A DNA stretch of 64,000 nucleotides, from NCBI GenBank assembly GCA_051546255.1, contig CP128816.1, forward strand, positions 558,001 through 622,000, read 5' to 3'. Positions 61,098 to 64,000 of the stretch are shown here, piece by piece. The position numbers and the translations under genes were made by a program. The DNA comes from Meyerozyma guilliermondii (lineage: Eukaryota). Numbering within the stretch: the stretch's first letter is position 1; every line of letters starts with the position of its first letter. Under the pieces are notes generated by a model that had not been told where the DNA came from, made no database searches, and saw only the letters and a program-made list of their open reading frames with translations.

Positions 61098-62711
61098 ATG
61101 TCGTCGCTATGGTATCTCGTGACAGATTGTATTTTGCTTTTCATATTTGCCTGGATTATTGAAGATTGCATTTTGGCATTGGGTGTTGAGCCTCCTATTC
61201 CAGGCATTAAGCAAATTCCAAGCTATCCTATTGTTGGTAACTTGTTGCAAGTGAAAAATAACCCAGCCAAAGTGTACCTCAAGTGGTCAAAGTTCTACAA
61301 AGTTCCTGTTTTTCAAGTACGTTTGGGGTTCCGAAACATTGTGGTTGCGAATTCATACCAAAGCGTGGAATTTTTGTGGGGTAAAAGTGCCAGTGCGAAC
61401 AATTCACGGCCGACTCTGCACATTTTTCATAATATTGTTTCACAATCTCAAGGTTTCACTATTGGCTCTACACCAGCTAGCTCGTCTCTCTTCAAGACAA
61501 AGCAAGCACTATCTCTGGAATTGAATCGGAAATCTGTGAATATGATAGCAGAACAACTTGACCAACAGGTAAAGTATACCTTGCGTATGATAATCAGAAA
61601 CAATGTTGAACTAAAAGGCTCTCCTTCGACGTTTTTGTCTCATGTTAGAAGCCGATTGTCTGATATTGATTTATTACCCTATTTCCAACTTTTTGCTTTG
61701 AGGTCTGCAATCCAGCTTACATATGGGATAACCCTTGATTGTTATGGCAAACATGGCAGGATATCTCAGGAGATTATTGAGGTGGAAAATCAGATTATTA
61801 AATTACGAGGCCAGGGATCCTGGTTGCCCGATTTTCTACCCTTTTTGAAATATTTCGGCAACTGGGAATTACTGGCATCAAAGTATCGGCTTCGTCGAGA
61901 CAATTATATGAATGAATTGTCAAGGGATTTCAAGAAGCGGTATTCTAACAATGACGCTGCTGCGAGAACTAGCTTACTTGGAAGGCTTTATAAGAACAGC
62001 TCACATTTAGCGCACCACGAACTCAACTCAATTTGCTTAACTATGGTGAGCGCTGGTCTTGATAACACCCCCTTAACTATCAATCATTTGATGGGCCACT
62101 TATCACGACCAGACTATGGCTATGCATTACAACAAGTTGCGTTTTCGCAGCTTTTGAATTGTTATGGTGATATAAATGATGCTTGGAATAATTGTGGAAC
62201 AAACATGGAATGCAATTTTGTCGTTGCATTAGTCCAAGAAGCTCTTCGTTTCTTTACGGTTCTTCCACTAAGTCTCCCTAGAAAAACGACTAAAGTGATC
62301 AAGTTCAACGGAGTAGTTATTCCAGAAGGCGCGGTGCTATACATGAATGCTTACGCTGCCAACCACGATTCAGAGAAGTTCCTGAACCCCATGAAGTTTG
62401 ACCCATTTAGATGGCTCGTTCCTAGAACTATGAAATTGAAAGATCGAAGAGAGATGGATCATTTTGCTTTCGGTGCTGGCTCACGAAAGTGTTCTGGAAA
62501 CATTTTAGCCACACAAGAAATGTATTCAATGATCTGTCGCTTAATCTTGATCTTCAGAATCCGCCGACCTATAGAAGAAGCCATGGAATTGGATCCGTTT
62601 GAAAGCAATGCATGCCCATCAGCTACATCTTTCGAACCTAAACGGTTCAAAGTTCATTTGGAACCTCGATGCCATGAAGGAAGCGAGGTATTGTATAGGC
62701 TGTTACAGTAA
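61098..62711 (+). CDS. Cytochrome P450, phenylacetate-2-hydroxylase-like
   Basis: N-terminal TM, PIVGNL, SRP.LH.FH..VS.SQGFTIG, I-helix MVSAGLD, EALR, heme motif FAFGAGSRKCSG. Confidence 0.88.
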   Translation: MSSLWYLVTDCILLFIFAWIIEDCILALGVEPPIPGIKQIPSYPIVGNLLQVKNNPAKVYLKWSKFYKVPVFQVRLGFRNIVVANSYQSVEFLWGKSASANNSRPTLHIFHNIVSQSQGFTIGSTPASSSLFKTKQALSLELNRKSVNMIAEQLDQQVKYTLRMIIRNNVELKGSPSTFLSHVRSRLSDIDLLPYFQLFALRSAIQLTYGITLDCYGKHGRISQEIIEVENQIIKLRGQGSWLPDFLPFLKYFGNWELLASKYRLRRDNYMNELSRDFKKRYSNNDAAARTSLLGRLYKNSSHLAHHELNSICLTMVSAGLDNTPLTINHLMGHLSRPDYGYALQQVAFSQLLNCYGDINDAWNNCGTNMECNFVVALVQEALRFFTVLPLSLPRKTTKVIKFNGVVIPEGAVLYMNAYAANHDSEKFLNPMKFDPFRWLVPRTMKLKDRREMDHFAFGAGSRKCSGNILATQEMYSMICRLILIFRIRRPIEEAMELDPFESNACPSATSFEPKRFKVHLEPRCHEGSEVLYRLLQ

Positions 62712-62751
62712 TTGAAACGTCAAACATCAATAATTTACATAATTTTATAGT

Positions 62752-64000
62752 CTAGCTGTGGCTACTATAAGCTCCCGAAACCAAGTGACGAGCCGAAGGT
62801 AACACATGGCCCTCAGAAGTGTAAATAGTAGCCAAGGCAACTGGTGGATCTATTATCGAGAATTTTAGCTGAACCCCAGACTCATGTTCACTACCCTTAC
62901 CATTTGTGAGAAATCTAGCAATCAATTTCTCTTCAGAATATAACACAAAAGGCGATGGATATCTCCATGTTATTCTATTCTTTTCTTTGCTGAATGAGCC
63001 TTGAGGTCTTGAAGATGCAGAAGTCGATTGCACCGAAGGATCTAAAGCCACAGAAACAACGAAATTGTCGAGTCTCAAAGAGTCGGAGTAAGCAGGGTTG
63101 AGTTTCAAGTTGATCATAAGACTTGCCTGGTGGTCTTCAAATTTCCACACTTGTTGCATGATAATTGGCACTTGAGACTCATTCAATTGAATCATATACT
63201 TCAAGCCTCCCAATGTGCGAGAGAGAATCTTTGAAGGGTCTATTTGAAATGCATCACCTTCGATTTTTTTGACAAAAGTATTATTTTCCAATACTTTATT
63301 GAAAGCAGCAGGTATTTGAACATTGATAGGAGAATTGGCTCCTTCATGTCCGTTGTAGACAAATGCAATCTCGCCAACAACCTGTGAAGTAGAGATCGTT
63401 TCGTCTTTGAACGATACATTAATAACTTCTGCAATAGATGCGTTCAAACCTGACGACTCCACAAAGCTACCGGATTCAAAATGTTTGAAGTAATCATTCT
63501 TTCTGAGCATGGAATTGCCTGTATCTTGGCTGATTAAAGTCGAAGGTGGAGCAAACGACTCACGGGCTCCAGGGAGATTATGAAACATTTGCGAGTTCAC
63601 GTCTCTTCTTGCTTTAGGTTTATCTAAAGATGAAGGCACTGGAGGAGAGTCGGTGCTAGGATGATGAAGTACTTTTCTCGAAGGTGGAGGAGGAGGTGGA
63701 GGCACCTGTTTATCTTCATAAGACGTCTTTTTATCGATAGCACCGTAGGCAGCTGCAGTAGAAGCAGTTGCGGCGACACCAGCACCCAAAGCAGCAGCAG
63801 CACCGGTAATGGCGCTTGGAAAAGCGGAGCTATTTTTCTTTGGAGATTCCAAATCAGGTTCAGGAAGACGAGTTTGGGCCTTGTTATATTCTGGACTTTG
63901 GTCAAAAGTTCCGGGAATCGTTTCCTCATTTCTGTTAAACCGAGGAGAGGTAGCCACCGGGTTTTTGTCGTCACCTTCCTCAAAGCTGTACTTACCGCCG
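62752..64000 (-). CDS. SYP1: Syp1/muniscin, 3' part with mu-homology domain (5' end outside window)
   Basis: GLNASIAEVINVSFKD, VVGEIAF.Y, PIIMQQVWKFEDHQASL, SRPQGSF.KEK.RITWR; frame open to window end. Confidence 0.88.
   Translation of the reverse strand, partial: GGKYSFEEGDDKNPVATSPRFNRNEETIPGTFDQSPEYNKAQTRLPEPDLESPKKNSSAFPSAITGAAAALGAGVAATASTAAAYGAIDKKTSYEDKQVPPPPPPPSRKVLHHPSTDSPPVPSSLDKPKARRDVNSQMFHNLPGARESFAPPSTLISQDTGNSMLRKNDYFKHFESGSFVESSGLNASIAEVINVSFKDETISTSQVVGEIAFVYNGHEGANSPINVQIPAAFNKVLENNTFVKKIEGDAFQIDPSKILSRTLGGLKYMIQLNESQVPIIMQQVWKFEDHQASLMINLKLNPAYSDSLRLDNFVVSVALDPSVQSTSASSRPQGSFSKEKNRITWRYPSPFVLYSEEKLIARFLTNGKGSEHESGVQLKFSIIDPPVALATIYTSEGHVLPSARHLVSGAYSSHS

Overview
Gene-dense chromosomal DNA of a budding yeast of the CUG-Ser clade. 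Conserved Ser positions in Ras, Oca1, Pfk26, Cmk and Mnn10 are encoded by CTG, so the supplied ORF track mistranslates them as Leu. The proteins look like Meyerozyma/Debaryomycetaceae orthologs; the genus is an inference. The window has 37 protein genes (RAD1 and SYP1 run off the ends, PEX10 has a 44-nt intron) and two tRNA genes (intron-containing Val-TAC, Cys-GCA). Most genes are ordinary housekeeping orthologs, and no transposon, CRISPR or rRNA was seen. Best leads: (1) an AT-rich orphan ORF at 45616-46344 with motifs reminiscent of the K2/KHS killer-toxin precursor family; (2) a peroxisome-biased neighbourhood (MDH-SRL, esterase-SKL, PEX5, PEX10, GPD) whose upstream regions all carry the FarA/Ctf1 motif CCGAGG, often extended to CCGAGGAT, with one copy inside a tRNA gene; (3) an Ada-type Zn/AraC-HTH regulator divergent from the NADPH-oxidase-like AIM14; (4) MET32 with an overlapping uORF and paired Met32/Cbf1 sites; (5) a Pfk26 that keeps the RHG phosphatase histidine. 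All calls come from reading motifs; no database search was run.
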